Shown here piece by piece: positions 10,713 to 20,344 of a DNA stretch of 64,000 nucleotides (its first letter is position 1; every line of letters begins with the position of its first letter). Origin of the DNA: an uncultured Clostridia bacterium (lineage in GTDB: Bacteria; Bacillota; Clostridia; Lachnospirales; CAMZNU01). The position numbers and the translations under genes are program-made. Location: positions 4,321 to 68,320 of the forward strand of contig CAMZNU010000002.1 in NCBI GenBank assembly GCA_947313885.1, in the 5' to 3' direction. The notes below the pieces were generated by a model, which saw only the letters and a list, made by a program, of their open reading frames with translations, was not told the origin of the DNA and ran no database searches.

Positions 10713-12497
10713 ATGAAAGCTATAATGATTATGTTCGATACACTTAGTAGAAGATATTTACCTAACTATGGAAATGATTGGGTTAAAATGCCAAACTTTG
10801 AGCGTTTAGGTGAAAAAACAGTAACTATGGACAATTTTTATGTAGGAAGTTTACCATGTATGCCAGCTAGACGTGAGTTACATACAGGGCGTGTAAACTT
10901 TTTACATAGAGGTTGGTCGCCTCTTGAACCATTTGACGATTCAATGCCAGAAATATTAAAAAATAATAATGTATATACACACCTTATTACAGACCATCAA
11001 CATTATTGGGAAGATGGGGGAGCTACGTATCATAATAGATATAATTCTTATGAGTTTATAAGAGGGCAAGAAGGTGATTTATGGAAAGGTGTTGTAAAAG
11101 ATCCAGAAGATATGCCAGAGCATATTAATCATATGCTAGGATTTATGAAAGAAATTAGAAGACATGATTTTATAAATCGCAAATATATGATAGAAGATGA
11201 GGATTATCCGCAAGCACAATGTTTTAATAAAGGTCTTGAATTTTTAGAAAAAAATAAAGATGCTGATAATTGGTTTTTACAAATAGAATCTTTTGATCCT
11301 CATGAACCATTTTGTGTACCAGATAGATTTAAGGAAATGTATAAAGATGAATTTGAAGGTGAATTTGATTGGCCAGGGTATGGAAATAGTGGTAGTGATT
11401 CAGAGGAAAAAATAAAACATGGAAGACATATGTATGCAGCACTTATGAGTATGTGCGATGAATATTTAGGTAAAGTTATAGACTTTATGGATGATAATAA
11501 TATGTGGGATGATACTATGCTTATTGTCAATACAGACCATGGTTTTTTAATGGGAGAAAAAGAGTGGTGGGGTAAAAATATTATGCCAAATTACAATGAA
11601 GTAGCGCATACACCATTTTTCATATGGGATCCTAGAACTAAAATTAAAAACGAAAGAAGACAATCGTTAAGCCAAACGATAGATATAGCACCGACTATCC
11701 TTGATTATTTCGAACAAGAAATACCAAAAGATATGGAAGGTAAAACATTAAAAGATGTAGTAAAGACAGATAGTAAAATAAGGGATTACGGATTGTACGG
11801 TATATTTGGTGGACATGTAAATATTACAGATGGAAAATATACGTATATGAGGTCTTGCGACACATTTGGTAATGGTGATATTTTTGAATATACACTAATG
11901 CCTATGGATATGCGAGGAATGAAAAGCACAAAAATATTAGAAAAAGCACAACTTAGCAAACCATTCAATTTCACAAAAGGCGTACCACTGTTAAAAATGA
12001 AACCTAGTATGGCTATGATAAATCCTTATTTAACTGGTCATATGTTATTTGATTTAAAAAATGATCCATATCAACAAAATGCTATAGATAATTTTGAAAT
12101 AGAAAGTGAGATGTGTAAAGCAATAGTTGAATTAATGGTTAAAAATGATGCACCAAAAGAGCAATTTGAAAGAATAGGTTTATCATCAAGTAAAGAAATA
12201 ACAGCAGAACAATTAAAAGAAAATAAAATAAGAAGAGAAGAAGATGAAAATAGATTATTTGAAATGTTAGGAATGGAAATAGAAGATGATGCTAAAAATC
12301 CATTTTTAAGCTTAGCTAGTAACGTGCCAAAAGATTTTTTAGGAAACTTTATAGGTGGATTTAAAAAAATATTAGAACAAAAAAATGTAGATGTTGTAAC
12401 TATTAATGAAGTTGTTGAATTTATGAAACTACAAATGCCACCGCAATTTGCATCATTTGCAGGTATGTTAATTAAATCATCATCAAGACGAAAATAG
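10713..12497 (+). CDS. sulfatase (alkaline phosphatase superfamily, Cys-type)
   Basis: Sulfatase signature C-x-P-x-R in GSLPCMPARRELHTGR; NTDHGFLMGEKEWWGK; SQTIDIAPTILDYF. Confidence 0.93.
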   Translation: MKAIMIMFDTLSRRYLPNYGNDWVKMPNFERLGEKTVTMDNFYVGSLPCMPARRELHTGRVNFLHRGWSPLEPFDDSMPEILKNNNVYTHLITDHQHYWEDGGATYHNRYNSYEFIRGQEGDLWKGVVKDPEDMPEHINHMLGFMKEIRRHDFINRKYMIEDEDYPQAQCFNKGLEFLEKNKDADNWFLQIESFDPHEPFCVPDRFKEMYKDEFEGEFDWPGYGNSGSDSEEKIKHGRHMYAALMSMCDEYLGKVIDFMDDNNMWDDTMLIVNTDHGFLMGEKEWWGKNIMPNYNEVAHTPFFIWDPRTKIKNERRQSLSQTIDIAPTILDYFEQEIPKDMEGKTLKDVVKTDSKIRDYGLYGIFGGHVNITDGKYTYMRSCDTFGNGDIFEYTLMPMDMRGMKSTKILEKAQLSKPFNFTKGVPLLKMKPSMAMINPYLTGHMLFDLKNDPYQQNAIDNFEIESEMCKAIVELMVKNDAPKEQFERIGLSSSKEITAEQLKENKIRREEDENRLFEMLGMEIEDDAKNPFLSLASNVPKDFLGNFIGGFKKILEQKNVDVVTINEVVEFMKLQMPPQFASFAGMLIKSSSRRK

Positions 12498-12507
12498 GGG
12501 GATACAT

Positions 12508-13857
12508 ATGGAATCTAATAAAGGCAAAATGCCATTAAAAAACATAATGGGATACGGTGTAGCATCAATAGGATTTAACTTTGTATATTTATTATCAGCA
12601 CAATTTTTAAATATTTATTATACGAATGTTTTAGGAATTTCCCTAGCGAGTGTTGGGGTTATAATGTTAATAGCAAGATTATGGGATGGGGTTAATGATC
12701 CTATAATGGGAAGTATAGTAGATAGAACCAATACAAAACAAGGTAAATATAGACCATATTTAATATGGGGAATACTTCCATTAGCAAGTACTACAGCACT
12801 GTTATATTACTATCCAAGTGCATTAGGTGAAAATAATAAAGTAATATATGCAGGAGTTACGTATATATTATTTGGTATGGCATATACTTTTGCAAACATA
12901 CCATACTTAGCTATGCAATCTACACTTTCTTATGATAGTGACGAGAGAACGAAAATAATAACTATAAAAAATGTATTTACATTAGTGGGAATATTGTTTA
13001 TGACTATAATTATTCCTAAGATAGCATTTGATAGCACAGGACCAACAGCATCAGGTTTTTTAAAAGGTGGTCTTATAGGTGCTGTTATAGTTATAATAAC
13101 AATGCCAATTAGTTATTTATCTACATCTAAATTTAAATTTAATGATGACATTAAAGAAAAAAAAGAGAAAATAACATTTGCAGATATGAAAGAAGCTTTA
13201 TTATCAAATAAACCATTAATGCAAATAGCAGGTACATTATTTATAATATCTATAGGTGGAACGTTAGTGGGAGGTGGTAACTACTACTTTATAAACGTAA
13301 TAGACCGTAGTGATTTAGTGGGGTTATTTGCACTATCAACTATGATGCCTATGATGGTTGGAATGGCTCTTATGCCAATAGCTATGAAGTTTGAGAAAAA
13401 GAATGTAATGGGATATGGAATGATAATGTATGGAGTAGTTTCGTTTATAATGTTTTTTGTACCACAGGAAAACCCAATGTTGTTTATTATATTAAATGGA
13501 GTTAGAGGATTAGGATTTGGAACAGCGATGATATTAATATGGTCAATGATAGCAGATACGGTAGACTATGCGAAATTAAAAACGGGTAAACAACAAGGTG
13601 GTATAGTGTTTTCAACATCAACATTTATGCAAAAGTCAGCAGGTGGGTTAGGTATTGCACTTATGAATTTTTTAATGATTAAAGTAGGTCTTGATGCCAC
13701 ATCTAATGTACAATCAGCTAGTACGGCTAAAGGGTTAATATTTATAATAGCAGTATTACCAGGTATACTATATTTAATTAATGGTATATATCTAATATTA
13801 AAATATCCATTAAATAAATCATACATGAAAGAAATACAAGAAAAATTAGGTAGATAA
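12508..13857 (+). CDS. MFS transporter, GPH (glycoside-pentoside-hexuronide:cation) family
   Basis: YYTNVLGIS, DGVNDPIMGSIVDRTNTKQGKYRPYLIWG motif, 12-TM-like, 449 aa. Confidence 0.9.
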   Translation: MESNKGKMPLKNIMGYGVASIGFNFVYLLSAQFLNIYYTNVLGISLASVGVIMLIARLWDGVNDPIMGSIVDRTNTKQGKYRPYLIWGILPLASTTALLYYYPSALGENNKVIYAGVTYILFGMAYTFANIPYLAMQSTLSYDSDERTKIITIKNVFTLVGILFMTIIIPKIAFDSTGPTASGFLKGGLIGAVIVIITMPISYLSTSKFKFNDDIKEKKEKITFADMKEALLSNKPLMQIAGTLFIISIGGTLVGGGNYYFINVIDRSDLVGLFALSTMMPMMVGMALMPIAMKFEKKNVMGYGMIMYGVVSFIMFFVPQENPMLFIILNGVRGLGFGTAMILIWSMIADTVDYAKLKTGKQQGGIVFSTSTFMQKSAGGLGIALMNFLMIKVGLDATSNVQSASTAKGLIFIIAVLPGILYLINGIYLILKYPLNKSYMKEIQEKLGR

Positions 13858-13872
13858 TAAGAGGAGAAAAAA

Positions 13873-14985
13873 TTGAAAAATATAAATTTTTTAATAAAAC
13901 CATCATCTAGTAAATGTAACTTAAAATGTAAATATTGTTTTTATAATGACATAGCACAAAATAGAGATGTAGCAGATTACGGATTTATGAAAATTGAAAC
14001 GGCTAAAAATATTATAGAAAAAGCATATAAATTTTCAAATGGCGGTTATGTAACATTTGCATTTCAGGGAGGCGAACCTACATTAATAGGTATCGAGTTT
14101 TATGAAAAATTTGTAGAAATGACAATAAGTAAATTTGGAAGCCTAAAGAATATAGCTTTTGCGTTACAAACAAATGGAATTATTATTAATGATGAATGGG
14201 GAAAATTTTTTAAAGAAAACAATTTCTTAGTAGGAATATCTATAGATGGAACAAAAGATATACATAACTTAAACAGAATTGACTTTAGTAATGAAGGGAC
14301 TTACAAAGAAGCATTAAGAGGTGTTAAAATATTAGAAAAATATGAAGTGGACTTTAATATTTTAACTGTAGTGCATAAAGTTGTGTCAAAGAAAATAAAT
14401 AAAATATATCGAGAATATAGAAAAAATAACTTTACTCATTTGCAGTTTATACCGTGTATAGACATAAATGAAAAAAGTGATCCGAATAATTTTTTATTAA
14501 CAAATGAACAACATTTATTATTTTTAAAATCACTATTTGATTTATGGTATACAGATTATATGAATGGTAATAAAGTTAACATCAGATATTTTGATAATAT
14601 ATTAGGAATATTTTTAGGATATTTACCAGAAAGTTGTACTACAATGGGAATATGCTCTATGCAACATGCAATAGAAGGAGATGGATCAGTATACCCATGT
14701 GATTTTTACGTAACAGATGAATACAAAATAGGGGACATAAATAGAGATGACATAGAAGACATGCAAAAAAATAATATTACTAGTGATTTTATTAAGGAAT
14801 CTTATGTTCTAAATAATGATTGCAAAAGATGTGAATTTTTACAACTGTGCAGAGGTGGCTGTAAAAAGTTCAGAAATGATAAAAAAAATTATTACTGTAA
14901 TACGTATAAAGAATTTTTTAAATATTCGCATGAAAGATTTAATAAGTTAGCTACAAAAATAAAAATGGATACTTTTATAAAATAA
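13873..14985 (+). CDS. anaerobic sulfatase-maturating enzyme, radical SAM/SPASM
   Basis: CNLKCKYCFY radical SAM motif, FQGGEPTL, CSMQHAIEGDGSVYPCDFY, C-terminal SPASM cysteines CKRCEFLQLCRGGC; adjacent to a Cys-type sulfatase. Confidence 0.93.
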   Translation: MKNINFLIKPSSSKCNLKCKYCFYNDIAQNRDVADYGFMKIETAKNIIEKAYKFSNGGYVTFAFQGGEPTLIGIEFYEKFVEMTISKFGSLKNIAFALQTNGIIINDEWGKFFKENNFLVGISIDGTKDIHNLNRIDFSNEGTYKEALRGVKILEKYEVDFNILTVVHKVVSKKINKIYREYRKNNFTHLQFIPCIDINEKSDPNNFLLTNEQHLLFLKSLFDLWYTDYMNGNKVNIRYFDNILGIFLGYLPESCTTMGICSMQHAIEGDGSVYPCDFYVTDEYKIGDINRDDIEDMQKNNITSDFIKESYVLNNDCKRCEFLQLCRGGCKKFRNDKKNYYCNTYKEFFKYSHERFNKLATKIKMDTFIK

Positions 14986-14991
14986 GATAAA

Positions 14992-15094
14992 AGCTAAATC
15001 GCAGTTTAAACAGGTATTAAGGTCAAGGTAAAAAAATATGAAGAGAGAAGCTGATTTCTGTAGTTTACAGGAGTCGGCTTCTTTAAATTACATT
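14992..15094 (+). repeat. degenerate interspersed element copy A (hairpin-containing)
   Basis: AGAAGCTGATTTCTGTA-gtt-TACAGGAGTCGGCTTCT hairpin plus flanks align with the reverse complement of 19434..19546. Confidence 0.65.
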
Positions 15095-15263
15095 GGTATA
15101 CTTGTGTTCATAATAGCCAACCCCATTTTCCTATATACTTTTTTCCATCGCTATGTATTACTCGCTATTTTCCAAACCCACCGTTTCAATGCGTAACTAT
15201 CTTCAAATATAAGCGTAGATTCCTTTCTATTTTACTATCTGCCATAAAATGTAACTGGATACG

Positions 15264-15413
15264 TTATTGCGTTAGAGTAATTTTTTTAACGAATTTATTT
15301 GTTCTTAAATTTTCAACTTCATTTTTGGTAAATGATAATTTACTAATGACCTTAACTCCGTATATATTATTGTATAAAGAAAAGTCTATATAATAGGCTT
15401 TTTTAGTGTACAT
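15264..15413 (-). pseudogene. short possibly degraded ORF (MYTKKAYYIDFSLYNNIYGVKVISKLSFTKNEVENLRTNKFVKKITLTQ)
   Basis: 49-codon open frame read on the minus strand in an otherwise non-coding 546 bp gap; no family recognised. Confidence 0.25.
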
Positions 15414-15531
15414 TATGTAGGTTTTAGTTTAAATACAATAGAAGTTTTTTTATTTTACAATCTTCAAAATAAAAATATAGAAATAAAGTATTTAATTGTG
15501 TATAATTAGTAAAAAAAATAAGGAGGAATGC

Positions 15532-16410
15532 ATGAATGACATAAAGAGTTTACTTGAAAAAGCTAAAAAAGTTAGTGGTAATAAAATAGCAGTAGCAGTA
15601 GCAGAAGATAAAGAAGTTTTAAAGAGTGTAGAGATGGGATATTTAGAAGGTATCTCAGAATATATTTTAGTAGGAGATGAAATAAAAATAAGAGATATAG
15701 CAAAAAAAAATAACATAGATATTAAAAATCATAAAATAATTGATTGTAAAGACAATATAGAAGCTTGCGAAATAGCGGTTAAGTTAGTAAAAAATAATGA
15801 AGCTAATGCGTTAATGAAAGGACTAATAGATACAAGTGTAATATTAAAGGCGTCATTGAATAAAGAATGGGGCTTAAGAACAGGTAATTTAATTAGTCAT
15901 TTAGCAGTGTTTGAAATGGACACGTATAAAAAATTATTATTTGTTACAGATTGTGCAATAAATATAAATCCAGATTTAGAGGCTAAAAAAAGTATAGTTA
16001 AAAATTCTTTAAAGGCATTAAACAATTTAGGATTAAAAGAAATAAAAGTTGGAGTAATATGTGCTAAAGAAAAAATGAATCCCAAAATGCAATCTACAGT
16101 AGATGCAGTTGAGTTAGTAAAAGAGTTTTCTGATAAATGCATAATAGAAGGACCCGTTGCAATGGACGGTGCTATAAGTAAAAAAGCATCAGAAATAAAA
16201 GGTATAGATTCAAAAATAGCAGGTGCTGTAGATTTAGTAGTAATGGACAATATAGAGGCAGGAAATGTTTTATATAAAACATTAACATACTTATGTGAGG
16301 CGCAAAATGGCGGTGTAGTTCTTGGAACATTAAAACCAATTATATTAACTAGTAGAGCAGACAGTGCAAAATCAAAATTAATTTCGATGGCACTAGGTGT
16401 ATTATCATAG
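15532..16410 (+). CDS. ptb: phosphate butyryltransferase
   Basis: PTA/PTB family; MEGLIDTSVILKA-like MKGLIDTSVILKASL; GPVAMDGAIS; followed directly by butyrate kinase. Start set at the ATG behind AGGAGG. Confidence 0.9.
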   Translation: MNDIKSLLEKAKKVSGNKIAVAVAEDKEVLKSVEMGYLEGISEYILVGDEIKIRDIAKKNNIDIKNHKIIDCKDNIEACEIAVKLVKNNEANALMKGLIDTSVILKASLNKEWGLRTGNLISHLAVFEMDTYKKLLFVTDCAININPDLEAKKSIVKNSLKALNNLGLKEIKVGVICAKEKMNPKMQSTVDAVELVKEFSDKCIIEGPVAMDGAISKKASEIKGIDSKIAGAVDLVVMDNIEAGNVLYKTLTYLCEAQNGGVVLGTLKPIILTSRADSAKSKLISMALGVLS

Positions 16411-16418
16411 GAGGAAAG

Positions 16419-17483
16419 ATGAAAATTTTAGCTATCAATCCAGGATCAACGACGACAAAGATATCACTATATGAAAATGAAAAATGTATATTTGTAAAAA
16501 ATATAGAACATTCATCAGAGTATTTAAGTAAATTTGATAAAATAATAGAACAAAAAAACTTTAGAATTGAAGAAGTTAAAAAAGCTATTAAAGAAAATGA
16601 AATTAGTATAGATGAGATAGATGTATTTGTCGGAAGAGGTGGGCTAGTTCGTCCTATAGCAAGTGGAACATATAAAATAAACGATGCATTAATAAAAGAT
16701 TTAGAAGATGGATATATGGGAGAACATGCATCAAACTTAGGTGGGCTAATAGCTTATGAGCTTGGCAGTATAAATAATAAGAATAATTACATTGTAGACC
16801 CTGTAGTAGTAGATGAGTTAGATGACGTTGCTAGAATTACAGGCTTAAAAGGAATTGAGAGAAAATCTATTTTTCATGCATTAAATCAAAAAGCAGTAGC
16901 TAAAAGGTACGCAAAAGAAGTTAATAAACAATATAATGAATTAACATTAATCGTTGCACATATGGGTGGCGGTATATCTGTAGGGTTGCATAAAAATGGT
17001 AGAGTTATAGAAACAAATAATGCATTAGGAGGAGATGGACCGTTTTCACCAGAGAGGGCAGGAGTGCTACCAATGTTTGAATTTCTTAAATATGCAAAGA
17101 ATATGCCAATAGACGAAATAAATAAATCAATTAAAGGTGCAGGAGGGCTAGTAGATTATTTTAAAACTAGTGACGTTAGAGAAGTTGAAAAGTTAAAACT
17201 AAAAGGTAATAAAGAAAGTGATATAGTTCTAGAAGCTATGGCATATAGCATAGCAAAGGAAATAGGAGCATTCGCAACAGTTGCATCAGGAAAAGTAGAG
17301 CAAATAATTTTAACAGGTGGAGTTGCATATAGTGAATATATAACATCATACATTGAAGAAAAAGTTGGATATATATGTGGAGTAACACGTTATCCAGGTG
17401 AGGATGAAATGGAAGCATTAACGTTAGGAGCATTACGAGTAGAGTTAGGAGAGGAAACAGTGAAAGAATATATAGTGAAGTAA
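16419..17483 (+). CDS. buk: butyrate kinase
   Basis: ILAINPGSTTTKISLYENE, GRGGLVRPI, NALGGDGPFSPERAG, ILTGGVAYSEYI motifs. Confidence 0.95.
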   Translation: MKILAINPGSTTTKISLYENEKCIFVKNIEHSSEYLSKFDKIIEQKNFRIEEVKKAIKENEISIDEIDVFVGRGGLVRPIASGTYKINDALIKDLEDGYMGEHASNLGGLIAYELGSINNKNNYIVDPVVVDELDDVARITGLKGIERKSIFHALNQKAVAKRYAKEVNKQYNELTLIVAHMGGGISVGLHKNGRVIETNNALGGDGPFSPERAGVLPMFEFLKYAKNMPIDEINKSIKGAGGLVDYFKTSDVREVEKLKLKGNKESDIVLEAMAYSIAKEIGAFATVASGKVEQIILTGGVAYSEYITSYIEEKVGYICGVTRYPGEDEMEALTLGALRVELGEETVKEYIVK

Positions 17484-17538
17484 GTTATATTTAAAAAAAA
17501 TAGTAATACAATATAATAAAAGTATGAAGAGGTATAAG

Positions 17539-18408
17539 ATGAATTTAATTAATTTAGTAAGAGGATTTTTAATGGCAGTAGCTGATAGTATGCCTGGGGT
17601 ATCAGGTGGTACAATTGCGTTTATAATGGGTTTTTATGATAAATTAATTAAAAACATAGATACGATTATATATAGTAAAACTATTAGAGAAAAAAAAGAA
17701 CCTATTACTTTTTTATTACAGCTAGGTGTTGGGTGGATAATAGGGTTAGTGTTATCAGTAAAATTAATAAGTAGTATTTTTGAAAATAATATATATTTAA
17801 TAAGTTCGTTATTTATTGGATTTATAGTATTTTCAATTCCGTATTTAATTTTAGAAGAAGTGGAAGTTTTAAAAAAGAATAAAAAAGGAATTTTATTTAC
17901 AGTAGTAGGGGCGATAGGTGTCTATTTAATATCATCACAAAGTGGTGAAGTAATAAATATTGGTGGTAGTTTAAATGAAACAAATTATATATATTTGTTT
18001 TTTAGTGGAGCGATAGCTATAAGTGCAATGATTCTACCAGGAATATCAGGCTCTACGTTGTTATTAATATTAGGCGTATATTCGCAAATTATATTTACGA
18101 TTGACGAAGTAATAAGTTTTAACTTTGCAAATATAGATATATTAATTATATTTGCAATAGGGATATTTTTTGGAGCATTATTTAGTGTAAAAACGGTATC
18201 GTATTGTTTAAAAAAATATAGGAGCAGTATAATTTATTTAGTAATAGGACTAATGATAGGATCAATATATGCTATTACAGTAGGTCCAGCCACATTAGAT
18301 ACACCTGTGGATAAAATGGATTCAACTACATTTAATTTTATATTTTTTATAATAGGCGGTATGTGTATAACTTTATTGGAAAAAATGAATAGGAGAGAAA
18401 AGAGATGA
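17539..18408 (+). CDS. DUF368 family membrane protein (polyprenyl-phosphate transporter family)
   Basis: NLVRGFLMAVADSMPGVSGGTIAFIMGFYDKLI and ILPGISGSTLLLILGVY, duplicated GxSGG/S motifs typical of DUF368; multi-TM. Confidence 0.9.
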   Translation: MNLINLVRGFLMAVADSMPGVSGGTIAFIMGFYDKLIKNIDTIIYSKTIREKKEPITFLLQLGVGWIIGLVLSVKLISSIFENNIYLISSLFIGFIVFSIPYLILEEVEVLKKNKKGILFTVVGAIGVYLISSQSGEVINIGGSLNETNYIYLFFSGAIAISAMILPGISGSTLLLILGVYSQIIFTIDEVISFNFANIDILIIFAIGIFFGALFSVKTVSYCLKKYRSSIIYLVIGLMIGSIYAITVGPATLDTPVDKMDSTTFNFIFFIIGGMCITLLEKMNRREKR

Positions 18409-19286
18409 AAAATTTTTTAGGTAGTATACAAGAGTTAGAGGTAGGTAATTTAGATGACGAGTTATTTTTAGAAACAAGTTATGAAATAGAGGATAGATCA
18501 ACGGTACTTAATGGAGCTGAACCAGAAAACATATTATTCGCAAAAAAAGTGGTATGTAGTGTATGTGAGTTTGAATTTGGTAACATAATACAAAAAACAA
18601 AAAAAGCAAAATTAGTAGATATAGATGCAGACTTAAGACCTATATATGATGTAATTGATTCTGTAGCATATGATTTAATATCATGCCCTAAATGTGGTTA
18701 CACGAGTTCATTATCAATGTTTAATAAAATAAGAGAAAAGGAAAAAAATAGATATTTAGAAAATACAGAAGGTAAATATGTACAGCCAGAAGAAGAAATA
18801 GAAGAAGAAATAGATGTTGATGTTGAAGTTGATGTTGATGTTGAAGTTGATGTTGAAGTTGAAGAAGAGAAAAAGCAAGAAAAAAAGTTAGCATACACAT
18901 ATAAGGAAGCTATAGATAGATACAAACTAGCTATATATTCAAATTATGCAAAAGGTGGTACAAGTGGAGAAAGAGCGTTTTATTTTATGAAGTTAGCATG
19001 GTTATATAGAAGTCTAGAGCGTAGAAGTGAAGAATATTTTTTATTAGACCAAGCATATGAAGGATTTTTAATTGCATTTAATGAAGAGAGCTTTCCTATA
19101 ATGGGTAATGATGAACCAACATTTAAATTGGTGTTAGGCGAAATATCGAGAAGATTAAATAGAATAGATGATTCTAAAAGATGGATAGGTAGTTTACTAA
19201 CGGATAGAAGTATAAACGAGAGAGTAAGAAAAAGAGCAGAAGATATAAAAGAAATATTAATGGTAGATGTAAAAAAGAAAAAATAA
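18405..19286 (+). CDS. DUF2225 family protein with acidic/Val repeat insert
   Basis: Zn-ribbon-like CSVCEFEFG and CPKCGYTSSLSMF; KLAWLYR; AYEGF; repeat VDVDVEVDVDVEVDVEVEEE. Confidence 0.8.
   Translation: MKNFLGSIQELEVGNLDDELFLETSYEIEDRSTVLNGAEPENILFAKKVVCSVCEFEFGNIIQKTKKAKLVDIDADLRPIYDVIDSVAYDLISCPKCGYTSSLSMFNKIREKEKNRYLENTEGKYVQPEEEIEEEIDVDVEVDVDVEVDVEVEEEKKQEKKLAYTYKEAIDRYKLAIYSNYAKGGTSGERAFYFMKLAWLYRSLERRSEEYFLLDQAYEGFLIAFNEESFPIMGNDEPTFKLVLGEISRRLNRIDDSKRWIGSLLTDRSINERVRKRAEDIKEILMVDVKKKK
18813..18865 (+). repeat. in-frame hexanucleotide repeat GATGTT/GAAGTT
   Basis: gatgttgatgttgaagttgatgttgatgttgaagttgatgttgaagttgaa, encodes alternating D/E-V. Confidence 0.9.
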
Positions 19287-19316
19287 AATTAAAAGATAAC
19301 TTATGTATTTAAATTG

Positions 19317-19364
19317 GAACCTATATAATGGACACTAAAAAGTCTATTTGATAGGTTCTTTTTT
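19317..19364 (+). terminator. candidate terminator after DUF2225 gene
   Basis: GAACCTAT ... ATAGGTTC followed by TTTTTT. Confidence 0.6.
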
Positions 19365-19433
19365 ATACAATAGAACATAAGGAATTGAGGCATAAGTAAA
19401 GTATTATTTTAAATTATAGTAACTTTAGACGTT

Positions 19434-19546
19434 AATGGAATTTAAAGAAGCTAACTTCTGTAAATACAGAAATCAGCTTCTTATTTACATATTTTTCTCG
19501 TATCTTGATTCGGGAACCAGTTTATGCACATAGGTCGTCTTGCTTT
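19434..19546 (-). repeat. degenerate interspersed element copy B (inverted relative to copy A)
   Basis: Minus strand reads AAAAATATGTAAATAAGAAGCTGATTTCTGTATTTACAGAAGTTAGCTTCTTTAAATTCCATT, matching copy A. Confidence 0.65.
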
Positions 19547-19562
19547 AATTTTATTAATAGTA

Positions 19563-20222
19563 TTACAATTGCCAATCTATTATTTCGGAATCAATAGAAG
19601 TTAAAAAAATATTAGTTAAATTAAAATGATTACAACCAAAAAAACTGTGTCTTGCGGAAAGGGGGCTAGGATGCGATGCAGTTAAAATTTTATGATGATT
19701 ACTTATAAATTTTTCTTTTTTTTTTGCATTATTACCCCAAAGTAAAAAAACTAATGGTTTTTCGCGACAGCTTAGAGTTTTAATAACATGATCGGTAAAA
19801 GTCTCCCAACCAATACGACTATGAGAATTTGGATTACCAGCTTCAACAGTTAAAGATGTGTTCAAAAATAACACACCTTGGCTAGCTATTGGAGTTAAAT
19901 CACCAGTATGAAAATTATCTACACATAAAGAATCTTTCAACTCTTTATAAATATTTCTAAGCGAAGGTGGTATTTTGCAACCATCATTGACAGAAAAAGC
20001 TAATCCATTAGCTTGGTTTTCGTTTATATATGGATCTTGACCTAATATAACGACTTTAACATCTTCAAAATCGGTTAAATTAAAAGCATTAAAAATTAAA
20101 TTTTTAGGTGGATATATTTTTTTTGTATCGTATTGAACGTTTAAAAAAGATGTCATAGCCTTAAAATAATCCTTTGACATTTCAGTTTGCAGTTTATGTT
20201 TCCAAGTATCGTTAATATTCAT
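19563..20222 (-). CDS. ung: uracil-DNA glycosylase
   Basis: VVILGQDPYINENQANGLAFSV, LLWGNNAKKK, LTASHPSPLSARHSFFGCNHF motifs; start placed at MNINDTWK. Confidence 0.96.
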   Translation of the reverse strand: MNINDTWKHKLQTEMSKDYFKAMTSFLNVQYDTKKIYPPKNLIFNAFNLTDFEDVKVVILGQDPYINENQANGLAFSVNDGCKIPPSLRNIYKELKDSLCVDNFHTGDLTPIASQGVLFLNTSLTVEAGNPNSHSRIGWETFTDHVIKTLSCREKPLVFLLWGNNAKKKEKFISNHHKILTASHPSPLSARHSFFGCNHFNLTNIFLTSIDSEIIDWQL

Positions 20223-20344
20223 AATACCTCCTATGTAAGTGATAGTAGTAATTATATCATAAAATAATATATATATTATTATTGATAAAATAAACAAAAA
20301 AATATATAATAATTGTAATTAAATTATATAGAAGGAGTTAAGAA

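Noticed and set aside
18698-18925. Minus-strand ORF rich in STSTSTSTST
   Set aside because: Direct antisense product of the GATGTT/GAAGTT repeat in the DUF2225 gene.
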